This document shows, piece after piece, positions 49,393-63,560 of a DNA stretch of 64,000 nt (positions within the stretch are counted from its first letter, which is position 1; the number at the start of each line of letters is the position of its first letter). The translations under genes were made by a program, and so were the position numbers. Origin of the DNA: Octopus vulgaris (Eukaryota); NCBI GenBank assembly GCA_951406725.2, contig OX597815.1:11098001-11162000 (forward strand). Reading direction: 5' to 3'. The notes beneath the pieces are model-generated. The model ran no database searches and was not told where the DNA came from. It saw only the letters and a list, made by a program, of their open reading frames with translations.

Positions 49393-49470
49393 TGTTAATA
49401 TTTGTTTTTATATTGAAGATTTCTCAGAGAAAATGAAAGGTAGCGTATGTGTGTTGTGTGTTTATATGTG

Positions 49471-49534
<64 letters not shown>

Positions 49535-49536
<2 letters not shown>

Positions 49537-49746
49537 AGCAATAAGGAAACGTGACATAACTGCCAACCAAGTGTGGCGTCCTATACGGGACAGTGCATCC
49601 AGAAACTCGAGGCCGTGTGTATCCCATAAGGCTAGGGCTTAATGTGTGACATTAGCCAGTTATAAGAGATGTCTTGCTGGGGCATTGTCCCGTATAGGAC
49701 ACCACACTTGCTTGGCAATTATATGTTACGATTCCGTATTGGTTAC
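49535..49746. mobile_element. MITE-like element with ~70-bp inverted arms
   Basis: TGCCAACCAAGTGTGGCGTCCTATACGGGACA / TGTCCCGTATAGGACACCACACTTGCTTGGCA. Confidence 0.8.
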
Positions 49747-49776
49747 TGTTTACATCTCGCTCAGAGATGTAATATA

Positions 49777-49853
<77 letters not shown>

Positions 49854-49922
49854 GGTCCCGGGTTGAGTCGGGGTTAACCACAGTAAATAAGGTACTCAAT
49901 ACATAGCAGAGTAAATTAATTT

Positions 49923-50036
49923 ATTTTATAGAAGGAGCTTCTACAGGACTAGAACTGTTTCATTCAAAAGAAATCATCAGGAACTGATGAATTCTTTTGA
50001 ATGAAACAGTTCTAGTCCTGTAGAAGCTCCTTCTAT

Positions 50037-50041
<5 letters not shown>
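49923..50041. repeat. Palindrome formed by two head-to-head hammerhead-like cores, between (TA)n tracts
   Basis: 58-bp arms with one mismatch; CTGATGA-ATTC-TTTT-GAAT-GAAAC-AGTTCTA-GTC at 49984-50017. Confidence 0.88.
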
Positions 50042-50133
<92 letters not shown>

Positions 50134-50195
50134 TATATATATATATATAATAAATATATATATATATAAATAAATATATATATATAAATAAATAT

Positions 50196-50270
<75 letters not shown>

Positions 50271-50979
50271 AATATATATATATATTCTCTCAGCGTGATA
50301 ATTGTTTTAAAGAGTACACGTATCTATGGAGTACTCAGCGACTTCAACGCTAATTCAATGTGAAAGTTTTTCAGTGAATGGAAAACTGAATCCACTTGTG
50401 ATGGATGTGCATCTTTCCACCTTTGAGATGTTTTCACTGTGAGCTTGAATAATTCTGATGCTCCAGTTTTTGCCTGCCTGTTATTGTTGTTGATGCGTTG
50501 CCCTATGTCTGCCATGTACAAACAAACCCGTGATCAATGAACATCAATCATGAGTCTCACCAGACATAGCTTATTTAGGACTCTTCATCCTTTTTTAATC
50601 AGACGCATTAAAGAAGTATTTATTTGGGTTAGATTTGGTTGCTATTTCTTGAAGTCCGAGCGATCATGTAAAAATATTGGCTGCCGTCTCATTGTTTTGG
50701 TACCTGCAAACAGGAAGCCCTAAGATTTTGATGGCTTTTGTTGAGTTCTACCTTCTTACGGGGAGAAGGTAGTGGTATTGTAGTTGTGGTTTTTTTTTTA
50801 GTGCATCTACGACAAGAAAAATAAAAACGTAATTGAACGAGTAGAACTGAAGAACGGAAAGTATATTTCTGATTTTGGCAAAGAGCCACAAAATTATATT
50901 GAAAAAGCATATTTGTTTAACACAAGTCTGAATAAAGTGCACAGATAATATAAATGTATGTATTTATATATTCATGCTA

Positions 50980-51872
50980 TTGACTCCGGGAGGATGATAA
51001 GCAAAAATCGAACCCAGAGGGATTTCAACGGAAAACATAAAAACATAATTAAGTCCAGTGCTTTATTGATCGCCAAAATCAGTGCTAACAATAAATAATT
51101 ACTATTTCCAACAGTAGCATTCTGCGCACATTTTAATGGGTAGTGGTGATGGCGGTATTATTGATTAAATGATTCCAGTGTTTACTGGTATTTATATATA
51201 TGTTTTCGATCCCGCGAGGATGAAAGGTAAAAATGGATACCAAAGGAATTTGAACTTAGAAAATAATGGAACATAATCTAAGTATTGGAAATAACAGTAA
51301 AAGTCATTGATTTCCTCACCACCGAAATCAGTGCCAGTACAATCCTTTCTACTCTCAGCAGAAGGTCTGAAAACCGAAGGAAGGAACCAATCGATTACAT
51401 TGTTACTTATTTTATCTCCGACAGAATGAAAAGCAAAGTCAATTTTGGAAAGGCAGCAAGTCGATTACATCAACTCCATTATATAACTAATACTTATTTT
51501 ATCGACCCCAAAAGGACAAAAGGCATAGTCGACCTCGGCGGAATTTGAACTCAGAACGTAAAGGCGGACGAAATGCTGCTAAGCATTTTGTCCGGCGTAC
51601 TAACGATTCGGCCAACTGCTTAATGTCAGTAATAATAATAGTTCTTTCTATTACAGGCTCAAGGCCTGAAACGTAATGCTGAGAGGAAGGATAGTCGATA
51701 GCATCGACCCACCCCACCACGTCCTTAACTGGTACTTGTTTTATGGACCTCGTAAAGAATAAAAAGCAAAATCGATTTCGATGGAATTTGAACTCGGAAC
51801 GTTAAGACTGGCGAAATGTGCCGCAAAGTATTTTGTCCATTTTTGCTGACGATCACGCCAGCTCGCTGCCTT
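50980..51872 (-). mobile_element. Cluster of old, co-oriented S3-related SINE remnants
   Basis: Repeated ATCGACCCC..GGATGAAAGG..GGAATTTGAACTC motifs and TTCTTTCTA..AGGCCTGAAA tails. Confidence 0.65.
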
Positions 51873-51959
51873 AATACCTGTAATAATGGTTGCTTACATT
51901 GGCAGAATGTCAAACATTCATGGCTTAGAAAAACAGTCAATTATAATCAAGTCTCGAAA

Positions 51960-52191
51960 GGCGGCGAGCTGGCAGAAAAGTTAGCACGCCGGGCGAAATG
52001 CGTAGCGGTATTTCGTCTGCCGTTACGTTCTGGGTTCAAATTCCGCCGAGGTCGACTTTGCCTTTCATCCTTCCGAGGTCGATAAATTAAGTACCCGCTA
52101 CGCACTGGGGTCGATGTAATCGACTTAATCCGTCTGTCTGTCCTTGTTTGTCCCCTCTATGTTTAGCCCATTGGTGGGTAGTAAAGGAATA
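51960..52191 (+). mobile_element. SINE family S3 with 19-bp TSD
   Basis: TSD TATAATCAAGTCT(C/T)GAAAG. Confidence 0.93.
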
Positions 52192-52596
52192 TATAATCAA
52201 GTCTTGAAAGATTATCTGAAATCTAAATGCAAAGGGACATATCCAAAAACAACTAGACATTTTATCGGTAACTCTATTGATGGGGGCTCTATTGTTTTGC
52301 AGGGAAAACTTACCAAGAGAGATTTTTACCTGTATACCATTTATTGATACCAATCACTTACACAGAGTTGTAAAGAAAACATTTATTCCTATTGTAGGCA
52401 AGTGGCTATAAATTTCGAAAAAAATAAGTTGTAGACGATTATATTGACTCTAGTATTTGATTAGTACTTTATTTTATGCCAATCACATGTCCACTTACTG
52501 ATAAATATATTAAACCATAATCAAGCTTGTGTGTATGTAACTATAGGCACATGCATGCGTACATTCATATGGGCATATACGCACACACATATATAC

Positions 52597-52651
<55 letters not shown>

Positions 52652-52746
52652 CCCACACAATATATATATATATATATATGTATATGTAGATACAATATAT
52701 ATAATAATAATAATATAAATAATATATATATGTACACACATACACA

Positions 52747-52807
<61 letters not shown>

Positions 52808-53034
52808 ACATACATATATATATATATATATACAACTTATAAACAAGGGCAAAAAGAAAATTATAATGCCAACTATGCCGAAACTAGACACATCGTCCAT
52901 AACCATATAATTCATCACTATAAGCACTATTTAATAGTGTTCACTTCCGGTATTTTTTAATATGCTGGCCATTGATAACTTTTTTTTTTCGAAAATTTTT
53001 TAATATATATTATATATATATATATGTGTGTGTA

Positions 53035-53197
53035 GGCACGGGATTGGGTCTGTGGTAAGTCGCTTGCTTACCAACCACATGGTTCCGGGTTCAGTTCTAC
53101 TGCGTGGCACCTTGGGCAAGTGTCTTCTACTATCGCCTCGGACCGACCAAAGCCTTATGAGTGGATCTGGTAGACGGAAACTGAAAGAAGCCCATCG

Positions 53198-53285
<88 letters not shown>

Positions 53286-53310
53286 TGTGTGTATGCTTGT
53301 GTGTCTGTGT
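53035..53310 (+). mobile_element. SINE family S1 5' half ending in expanded TA/TG tract
   Basis: Head and body match; tail absent. Confidence 0.82.
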
Positions 53311-53790
53311 TTCTTCTTTAAACATATATATCTTAGCGCTCAGACACATAGACACGCATTTCATATTGTAAAAACTTTTAGGAAATGTTATAGTTTCTGT
53401 TTTCACTGTAGAACAGTAGAGAAGATAGTTTGTTGCATGATTAACATTGCCGCTCATTTCTTTGTTTCTCTCTGATTACATCCCGGAAAATTGCCTCTTC
53501 ACTTTCTTATAGGTTTCCGTAAAATATCGACGGTTATGACTTGTGACAAGAGAACACTACATGCATACATACATACATACATACATACATACATACATAC
53601 ATACATACATACATACATACATACATACATACATACATGCATACATACATGGTGCAAAACCGAGTATTACGATTTAGTTGATAACTGATCAAGAATTAGG
53701 GACCCTCAGTGAATATCTCCCGTCTGGTTGTATAAGTATATGGACTTTATCTGTCTTTGTTTATTTACTCTGCATTTTTTCATTAATATA

Positions 53791-53931
<141 letters not shown>

Positions 53932-54110
53932 CCTATGTATATATACCTATGTAATCAATGTCCAACGAATGACAACGGTGTGCTCAAAACATGTAGAGCA
54001 TATAACTTTGTGAATGTCTCGCGAATCGAGTTTCACACTAGTGCAATCACCACTGTCGTGAAAAACGAGTCGCGAGTCAAACTTTCAGCTCATCTCTCTC
54101 TCTCCCACTC

Positions 54111-54142
<32 letters not shown>

Positions 54143-54148
54143 CCACTC

Positions 54149-54179
<31 letters not shown>

Positions 54180-54206
54180 ATATATATATATGTATGTATA
54201 TATATA

Positions 54207-54262
<56 letters not shown>

Positions 54263-54640
54263 GTATACATATAATATATATATATATAATATATACACAC
54301 ATACATGCTACATACAGACGTACACACATATACACATGCAGCTATGTGTATATACGTATGTAGACAGAGAGGAGTGAGAGAGAGAGAGAGGGAGATAGAG
54401 AAACAGACAGACAGAGACAGAGAAAGGTGATACGACGCCACAAATATTAATACGACTGCTACAAGCTTAATTTTACATATTTATATACACAGCCATGCAT
54501 TTGCACACAACTCCTATCTTTTCAAATATCTGGAATTTCCTTAATTAAAAAGAAAAAAACGGACTTCATTTAAATATCGCAAATATTCATGGAAACATAC
54601 ATTTATATATATACATGCATTATAGCTGCATACAATAATA

Positions 54641-55020
54641 GGAGCACTCCGTCGGTTACGACGATGAGGGTCCCAGCTGATACGATCAACGGAACAGCTT
54701 GCTCGTGGAATTAACGAGCAAGTGGCTGAGCATTCCACAGACACGTGTACCCTTAACGTAGTTCTCGAGGAGATTCAGCGTGACACAGAGTGTGACAAGG
54801 CTGGCCCTTTGAAATACAGGTACAACAGAAACAGGAAGAAAGAGTGAGAGAAAGTTGTGGTGAAAGAGTACAGCAGGGATCACCACCATCCCCTGCCGGA
54901 GCTTTGTGGAGCTTTAGGTGTTTTCGCTCAATAAACACTCACAATGCCCGGTCTGGGAATCGAAACCGCGATCCTACGACCGCGAATCCGCTGCCCTAAC
55001 TACTGGGTCATTGCGCCTCC
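54641..55020 (-). mobile_element. SINE family S2 with a fourth tail type
   Basis: S2 head and body then ..GGGACCCTCATCGTCGTAACCGACGGAGTGCTCC on the reverse strand. Confidence 0.88.
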
Positions 55021-55390
55021 ACAGCTGCATACTATCAAAGCGCTTATAAAACAAGTTTAGATTACAGTTCGAAGTTTATATTACAGTTCGACCTACTTAC
55101 GCAATGCCATCCATACTTGCATCATAAATGCGATATTCTTGGATGTTATATCTAAATGTGAATGTAATTGCTGTTTAAAATCTGGATCGAAAGCAAAGAT
55201 TTTAATTCTGCCACATAGTTAGGCACAATAAAACGAGAATACTGAACCATCACCAGTAATAAAACTGCAATCAGCGTTGAAACTTTCACCAAAGCAGTAA
55301 CGAAGCTGCGTAATAGAAAGGAATAAGCAAGAGACCTCACAGTGGGCAATTGGTAAAAGGCAAGCTAACGATCCTGCCAGTTCGCCGCCT

Positions 55391-55454
<64 letters not shown>

Positions 55455-55477
55455 GCTACTACTACTAATAATAATAA

Positions 55478-55688
55478 TAAGAGCACTCAGCGCAAATCTC
55501 CGCCAAGACTACACCAACGTCCTCTCAACGATTAATCGGAGATGGTTTTTAAAATGAGAATATCTGAAATAAACTCGACTACTCTCACAAACGAAAAAAC
55601 TAAAAATGAACCCGACCGCTCTCAAAAATTAAGTGAAAAACCGGAAAAATAATCCAGAATCCTTGTCCGGTACCTGATCGATCCCAAC
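55478..55688 (+). mobile_element. Helentron/DINE-like element, left part
   Basis: AAGAGCACTCAG..CTCCGCCAAG start; matches 31630-31790. Confidence 0.6.
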
Positions 55689-55699
55689 GGTAGCCATGG

Positions 55700-55945
55700 A
55701 ATGTGAAGGTGGGTGTGAGGGCCGTGTTTGTAATGCTGTGTCTGTTTCATCTGCAGTGGGAACAGGGACAGCTTTCTCTACGAAGGCCTGTTTTAGTCTA
55801 TCCACTTATATAGTGTCTTTACGACCATTAAGGTCTATAGTGAAAAATCTACCCTTGCGTGAAAGAAAACGGAAAGGACCTGCATACGTTGTGGTTAACC
55901 GAGGTTTAACAACATCGTTGCGCACAGAAACGTGAGTCCAAGAAG
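55700..55945 (-). pseudogene. Ty3/Gypsy integrase C-terminal (GPY/F) fragment
   Basis: THVSVRNDVVKPRLTTTYAGPFRFLSRKGRFFTIDLNGRKDTI*VDRLKQAF. Confidence 0.85.
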
Positions 55946-56335
55946 TAAAGCTTCCTTTAAGGCAGAGCTAGAAATGCAATTTTCAAGTAGGTAAGAGATT
56001 TTAAATAGGAGCGATATATTCAAAATTAGTAAATTAAAAGTTCTCGAGGATAAATTAAATTTATTATTGTTACTCAATATGTTGGTGTTATTTAATTTCT
56101 GAACGGTCTTGTTGCTAATTGTTTATGTAGTTTGATTTCTTTATCTATGAGTTTCTACTAAGATAGAGACCCGAGTAAAATAATAATGGAGAAACGAAAA
56201 TAAAACTTTGGAAATAGAAATGCCGCCATAAATTACGTGGAAGCTATAAGCATGCTTTCAAGAAAGATAATCAGAGAAAGACTTGAAAGTCAACGTAAGA
56301 TCGTAAGTAATGCTTCATGTAAAGTAAATATAGCA

Positions 56336-56532
56336 AATAATCCAGAATCCTTGTTCGGTACCGGATCGATTCCAAAATCTAATCACTTCGTGCCAGCCAC
56401 GAGGCCAGACATCTCTGAATGTTTCATCCGTATCTATTCAGCGGTTCTTGAGATATCTTGTCCACGGACAAACAAACAAACAAACATGAGACTGAAAATA
56501 ATGCTCCTGCCTTCACTCAGGCGAAGGTAATA
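56336..56532 (+). mobile_element. Helentron/DINE-like element, right part
   Basis: Matches 31755-31940; ends CCTTC..GAAGGTAAT. Confidence 0.6.
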
Positions 56533-57060
56533 ATTCTTTCTACTGTTGGCACATGGACTGAAATTTCGGAGGAGGGTATAGTCGATTACAATTACCCCAG
56601 TATTCAACTGGTACTTAATTTATCGACCCTGAAATGGTGAAAAGCAAAATCGACGTCGGCGGAATTTGAACTCAGAAAATAAAAAAAATAAACAGTAATA
56701 GAAGGAGAAAAATCTTCCGAAAGATGGCATATAAATCCATTAAACTTTTTTCATCTTCGATCTCAATGTTTGTTTATATCTGATGTCCCGGATACGAAAC
56801 GTGGCACGAAAGTCAGTGCTGGCTATAATTTCTATAGAATACCTTAAGGATAACCTTAACAAGAGGATGATATATTTATATACATACACACATATGTGTA
56901 TGCATATATCTGTCTACACACACACACACATTTTTACGTCCATATACATACACACACGCGTATATGAAATAGTTTGAGATTCCATTTTATACAAAAGGAA
57001 AGACAATACAATAATAAGATGGAACAGAAATATTCTAGACACTTAAACACACACACACAC

Positions 57061-57142
<82 letters not shown>

Positions 57143-58751
57143 AAAGCAGAAATAGATTATCTGACTGGTTCTAGGTTTAAGAATATAACTCCGCTTCTGA
57201 GTAAACACTTCAATTATCTATCGTTACAGCAACTAACGACTTACATAATTATTTATGAAATATATTTTGATGTTCGTCTGAAAGACGAAATTATTCTTCA
57301 TTCAGAAGATGCAAAAATAATTAGTACATTCATGTTCGAATCTGCTGGAACGGATTAAGAACGAATACGCAAGGCATCGTTTTGATTCTCGCTGCTTATT
57401 AGAAACGTAATGTATTATCCGTAGGTAGATTAGCAACACACATCTAGAAGCAATTTTTTTGTTGAAATTATAAAGAGGAGTAACGAACATTTGTTAGTTT
57501 CTTACTCCGGTATAGCTTTGTTCGAGGAGACACAACAATGTCGAAACACCGGCTGTCCTAAAGTCTCCCTACGCTAATGTTATGAACACACATTAGTCTG
57601 CTGGAAAACGTTGTTCTCCATATATGTGATGTAATAGCGATTGTATTCATTCTTAGTACGTTTCGGCAGATTTACCAGCGAGTCTGCCGGAACGTAATAA
57701 GAATGACTGTGTTAGCCAACGATTTGAGTCTTGTTCACTGCGCATATGACACTTCGGTATTCTTTAATATTTGTTTAACAAGTGACTTATTATCTATAAT
57801 GCTATTTTATGTGACCCATTGAATATTTTAGGCAAGGTGTATTTTAGAAAGTTATTTTTTCTTTTCTCTCTTTCTCCCTTTTGCAAAACATGGTCTGAAT
57901 ACTTAATGTATCTTTATTCTGTTCTGAATAACGATGTGGAAGCTTGAAAATGGACTAACCTAAATTATGTTCTGAATGCATTATCAGTGAAATCAAAATT
58001 TAAATGAGACATTGGCATTAAACAAATACATTATAAATAGATTTTTTAAATATATAATTCACAAATATCAAGCACATGAAGAAAAAATAAATGAAAAACA
58101 GAAGGAAAGTTAAAGTTAACATATCAAATATAGGGGACATTAACCAGTGAACTAGATATAATTATGTGTTGATGAAAATACAATATTATTCTATAATAAA
58201 TATTACTCGCCATCTTTGCTCGGCCAGTACGGTGGCAACTTTGGATGTGTTTTAGGCTAAGCATAGCTGTGACATTTTATACCGAAGTAATGATGGAAGA
58301 ATTCCAATTACCATAATGCAAATGGCATCTGAATTTAATTTTGTTTCAATAACCCAAGTATAATCTTGGGCATAATTACTGCCGAGAACATCGTTGAAGC
58401 TGCACTTCACCGATGAAAAAGTTACAAGAAAACCAAAATATGCCTTAAAACCCCTACAAGTTTAATTAGGTAACATTTATTATCGCAGTTAATGGCCCCC
58501 GGGTCAGCCCTGTTAACAGGTGAATGATTAAAGACGTTCCGGCCATGATCATGCCATCTTTTTCTCCCAGCACATTGCATATGTAACCACATTCTATGCT
58601 CATATTGTCGGCGATGCCAGGGTATGATCTGAGCGAGAGTTAACTGCTATTTCCAGCAAATTGCACGACCACATTGATGCTCTCATTGACTCTTTGTTGT
58701 TGCTATTTAATCCCAGGCCAGCTGATTGAATACACCTATTTATGATCACGT

Positions 58752-59066
58752 GGAGGTGCAATGGCCTAGTGGTTAGGGCAGCGGACTCGCGGTTGTAGGA
58801 TTACAGTTTCGATTCCCAGACCGGGCGTTGTGAGTGTTTATTGAGCGAAAACACCTAAAAGCTCCATGAGGCTCCGACAGTGGGGTGGTGGCGATCCCTG
58901 CTGTACTCTTTCGCTGCAACTTTCTCTCATTCTTTCTTCTGTTGGCCTGCTCGCTTAGCCAGCGGGGTGGTGTCATTTGAAGGCTAAAACAATGCGAAGC
59001 GCATTGTGACCAGCGATGTGTAGCAACATCTGATAGCCTGGTCGATCTCGGTGATTTCACGGTGAT
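58752..59066 (+). mobile_element. SINE family S2, CACGTGAT tail type
   Basis: Head GGAGGTGCAATGGCCTAGTGG; matches 43172-43480. Confidence 0.9.
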
Positions 59067-59846
59067 TTCTGATCACAGTAATCCAACCGTAATTAGCTCG
59101 ACCCTTTTTATACATAGAACTATACTGTCCAGTGTATATTCTGTCTTTAATACGGTAGTCGTGATGATTTGAGAGTGATTCGGTCCTTATTTCTAGCATG
59201 CTAAGCGACCATACAGAGCACCGAAGGAAATTTGCAATATATTATTCTCAGTTCTTTACGTTTCAAATTTAAGCACCGCTGAAGTCAACTTTACCTTTCA
59301 ATCTCCCACAATCTCTAAATGCCAAGTGTAGCCCCGGACTTAAAAGGATCGGCTGTTTCCCTTCCCATAAATTTCTGGCCTAGAGCTTAGGTTTCGGAAA
59401 CAACTATTTAATCCATGTTAGTAATGATCTATGATCAAATAATGATCTAGATCAATAATGATCTATGATCAAATAGGTTAAAGTTATGGTAGTCCATTCT
59501 TTTATTCAGATAGTTTATCTAAGACTACGTTATCCCTTATGACCTACTTCTGTACTAATAATAATCGTGTAATCTAAGCGAGATTTAACTGCTACGCATA
59601 GCAAGGTGAGCAGCCATGTAAAGGCTCTCTCGTTGACTTATAATTAAATAATCGACTTTTAGGGTTAAAGTGGTCGACAATAATGTATGAGAACTGAAAC
59701 CTAATTGCTCCATAATTTATTATTTAAAGAGACCGTCATGGTGATGGTGGTGATAGAGATGGAAAGTGGACAGTGTTTTAGAGTCGGCCGGTCCATACGT
59801 GGTTGTCACATTTGTGTTTTGTTGTTATTGTTGATGATGTTGTTGT

Positions 59847-59899
<53 letters not shown>

Positions 59900-60298
59900 G
59901 TGAACCTACTGCCATAGAACCGAGTTGACAAACGTGACTTGGTTAATCATTAACAAAATCGAATGACTTAAACGTTAAAATCATAATGACATAACAGTAA
60001 TTTCATTACATTAGACATGCAGGTAATTAGAGATAGTGTTACAATAGCAACAACGACAACAACAATAATAATGACAACAGCAACAGCAACAACAACAACA
60101 AGAACAGCAACAGTAAAAGCAACGAATAACGCAATTATAAACTTCCCCACAAACCAACCCGCGCCAAGAATATAACATTAGAAAATATAACGCAACGAAG
60201 GCCTAAGCGTGAGCACTCGTATATGTGTGTATAGACATAGATATGTGTGTGTGTGTGCGTGAGCGTGCATACACACATACATATATATATATATACAT

Positions 60299-60355
<57 letters not shown>

Positions 60356-60416
60356 ACAATTGTTTGTTTGTTTCCCACCTGTCTTCGTCTTTTGTCTATT
60401 TTCATAAAGCTTCCCG

Positions 60417-60454
<38 letters not shown>

Positions 60455-61446
60455 TTGCGTACATAGGTATATACAGAGAAACATATACATACTACACTCG
60501 TGCGCGCATACACGAGAATACAATACATTCACAGAAATTTAAGTCTTGCTAACAATATTTATTTCCCATTTATCCATTTATGATTAATGTTATTTTATTA
60601 CATGCCTATTAAAAACAAAATCCATTTCAGTTTTCTGTCAGCTTTTCCTTCGCTAATTATTTAATTTTTCTTGGAGTTGTCAAGATTTATATCGTTAAAA
60701 ACACACACACACGCACACACACAAAAGATGAATTAGTGTTACGAAAATCTATTCGCTGAATTCGTGATAATGAACAATTAAAATGTTTTAAAATAGGGTA
60801 TTTGGCTGAGAGTGGGGGTGATGGTTTATGGCGGCGTCGGCGGGGATGAAGAAAGTTGCTACAATAACTGAAAAGGAAAAAGACACATCTATTAAAGGAC
60901 AAAGAGATATACGAATAAAACGAACTTAGCAAAATATGAAATAATTATCTGCATATTTCTTAACAACTACAACCAAAACGTGAAAGAATACACCTACAGC
61001 AGTTAAATCAACAAGAACAACGATATCATTGTGATAATGAATATCTTGAAGGAAGAAGGGGAAATAATTCATATTCGTTCATTCTATATTTTTGTTGATG
61101 GTAAGAAAAAGTTGGTGTTATATTTTCTCCTATTATATGTACTTTTGGAAGGGTCGCTGAGTTGAATGTTAACAAAAACGGTATGTATTTGATCTATGCC
61201 TTAATGAAACTATGTAACCCATAATTACATGGAAGTTACTAATCCCATAACTCTGATGAAAGAATAAGGAGCTTAGAAATGATCAGGTCCATCGAAAAAT
61301 TGGAATCAGTATTGTTCGATGGAAAAGTAGGTAATGTGTGTACAAACTTGAGAGTACATTATGGCTGATTAACGATATACGGTGTCCCTACTAGCAATTA
61401 ATATGTACGGACCGGGTGCCAAGAATGTGCTTAAATGTGCTTTTAA

Positions 61447-61677
61447 GGCGGCGAGCTGGCAGAAACGTTAGCACACCGGGCGAAATGCTTAGCGGTATTT
61501 CGTCTGCCGCTGCGTCCTGAGTTCAAATTCCGCCGAGGTCGACTTTGCCTTTCATCCTTTCTGGGTCGTTTAAATAAGTACCAGTTACGCACTGGGATCG
61601 ATATAATCGACTTAATCCATTTGTCTGTCTTTGTTTGTTGTCCCTGTGTTAAGTCCCTTGTGGGTAGTAAAGAAATA
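61447..61677 (+). mobile_element. SINE family S3
   Basis: Full-length; AAGAATGTGCTT on both sides. Confidence 0.92.
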
Positions 61678-62358
61678 AGAATGTGCTTGATATGAAAGAC
61701 TGGTATATCCGATTGTATTACATCGCTAAATTTAGTGGCTATTTAAGCACGAGGTTCATATATGGCAAATGGGTCGGGTGTGATTCTACGGAAGAGACAA
61801 TGACTTCTGAAATATGCATATACATCCATTTCCTATTTTCTATCTTTGACTCCATTGTTTACATCGTAAACAAAGCGTCATAACTTTCACTGCTGGCTCT
61901 AATTCCCATAGAAAATCTATAAAGATAACTTTAAAAAAGTTACACACACAAACAGACACATGTATGTAGATAATATATATACTCCTTCTCCTCCTCCTCC
62001 TCCTTCTTCTTCTTCTTCTTCTTCTTCTTCTTCTTCTTCTTCTTCTTCTTCCCTACCAAGAATTCACAACGACCTAGAACCCACAAGCGTAAACAAGAGA
62101 GACAGAGACAGGCAGCAACAAGGAAAATGCCACTTGTATTTGAACACTATACAAATATTCTTTTAAAGAAACTTTCCTTTTAATTTTTTAAAATTTAATT
62201 ATTTAATTGTTACAGTTGAAAACGTCTCAATGACGGAAACCGGTACTGAAATGTTTTTTATAAAATTATTTTAGCATTTTCTACCTTGACTTGTTTTCCT
62301 TTTATATCAACTCGTGTGTTTCTTTTCATCCTTATACATACATACATACATACATACA

Positions 62359-62407
<49 letters not shown>

Positions 62408-62789
62408 TATTTACAATCAAGGTGTAGAAATGACATACTCCGAATGAATAAGGTAATGTAATCTAATGGTAGAAAGAATTTCGCGAATCAGGTGTTTCAA
62501 AGCCAGTCCGTGTGAGCGTACATGCATATATATTACATGTATATATATTACATGCATATATATTACATGTATGTATATATGAATGTATGTATGTATGTAT
62601 TATAAGTTTGCATACATACATATACATATATATATATATACATATATATACATTAATGTATATATATTTCTTTCTCTCTCTGTATGTATGCGTGGGTGTA
62701 TATGTATATATATGTATATATGTGTATGTATGTATGCATGTATATATATATATGCATATATGTAAGTACGTATCTATCTATCTATCTGT

Positions 62790-63098
<309 letters not shown>

Positions 63099-63149
63099 CA
63101 TATAAAGTTTTCTTTCTGTCTTGCAAATCAAGTTTGGGTTTGGTCATTC

Positions 63150-63560
63150 TTAAATAAGATAATTGATAAAGTGTAAACTAGATTCCAGTACTCGAGAGAT
63201 AATTTTCTTCGGATCTATAATACCAATCTGAAAGAAGATATTTTTGTGGACGCTCTAATCAGAGAAGTTTTCAAAAGTTAGACATCTGAAGGAAGGTTAA
63301 ACGCTGATGAGAAAATTGCGTTGCAAAGTTTAGAAAGATTCTGTGCAGTCCTTTCGAGAAATTCCAAGCCTGGAAACTATATTGAAATATTGGTTGATCA
63401 TCTTAAGTCTTATTATTGTTACGAGTGCATGCATTGGGGGACAATATGTTATTAGAAGTTCATTGTTTGGCCTCTCACTTTTTTTGCGGAAAAGTGGCGA
63501 TTTTGGTGATCATCTTCATCACAATATTCGTACCGTAGGTATTCGTTATGAAGCACCTGT
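63150..63560 (+). pseudogene. Degenerate DNA transposase C-terminus, Chapaev3-like
   Basis: LKEDIFVDALIRE..EKIALQSL..NY..GDNMLLEVHCLASH..GDHLHHNI..RYE resembles KEGIFVGPQIR..CNMSLKIHFL.SH..GERFHQDI..RYQ. Confidence 0.55.
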
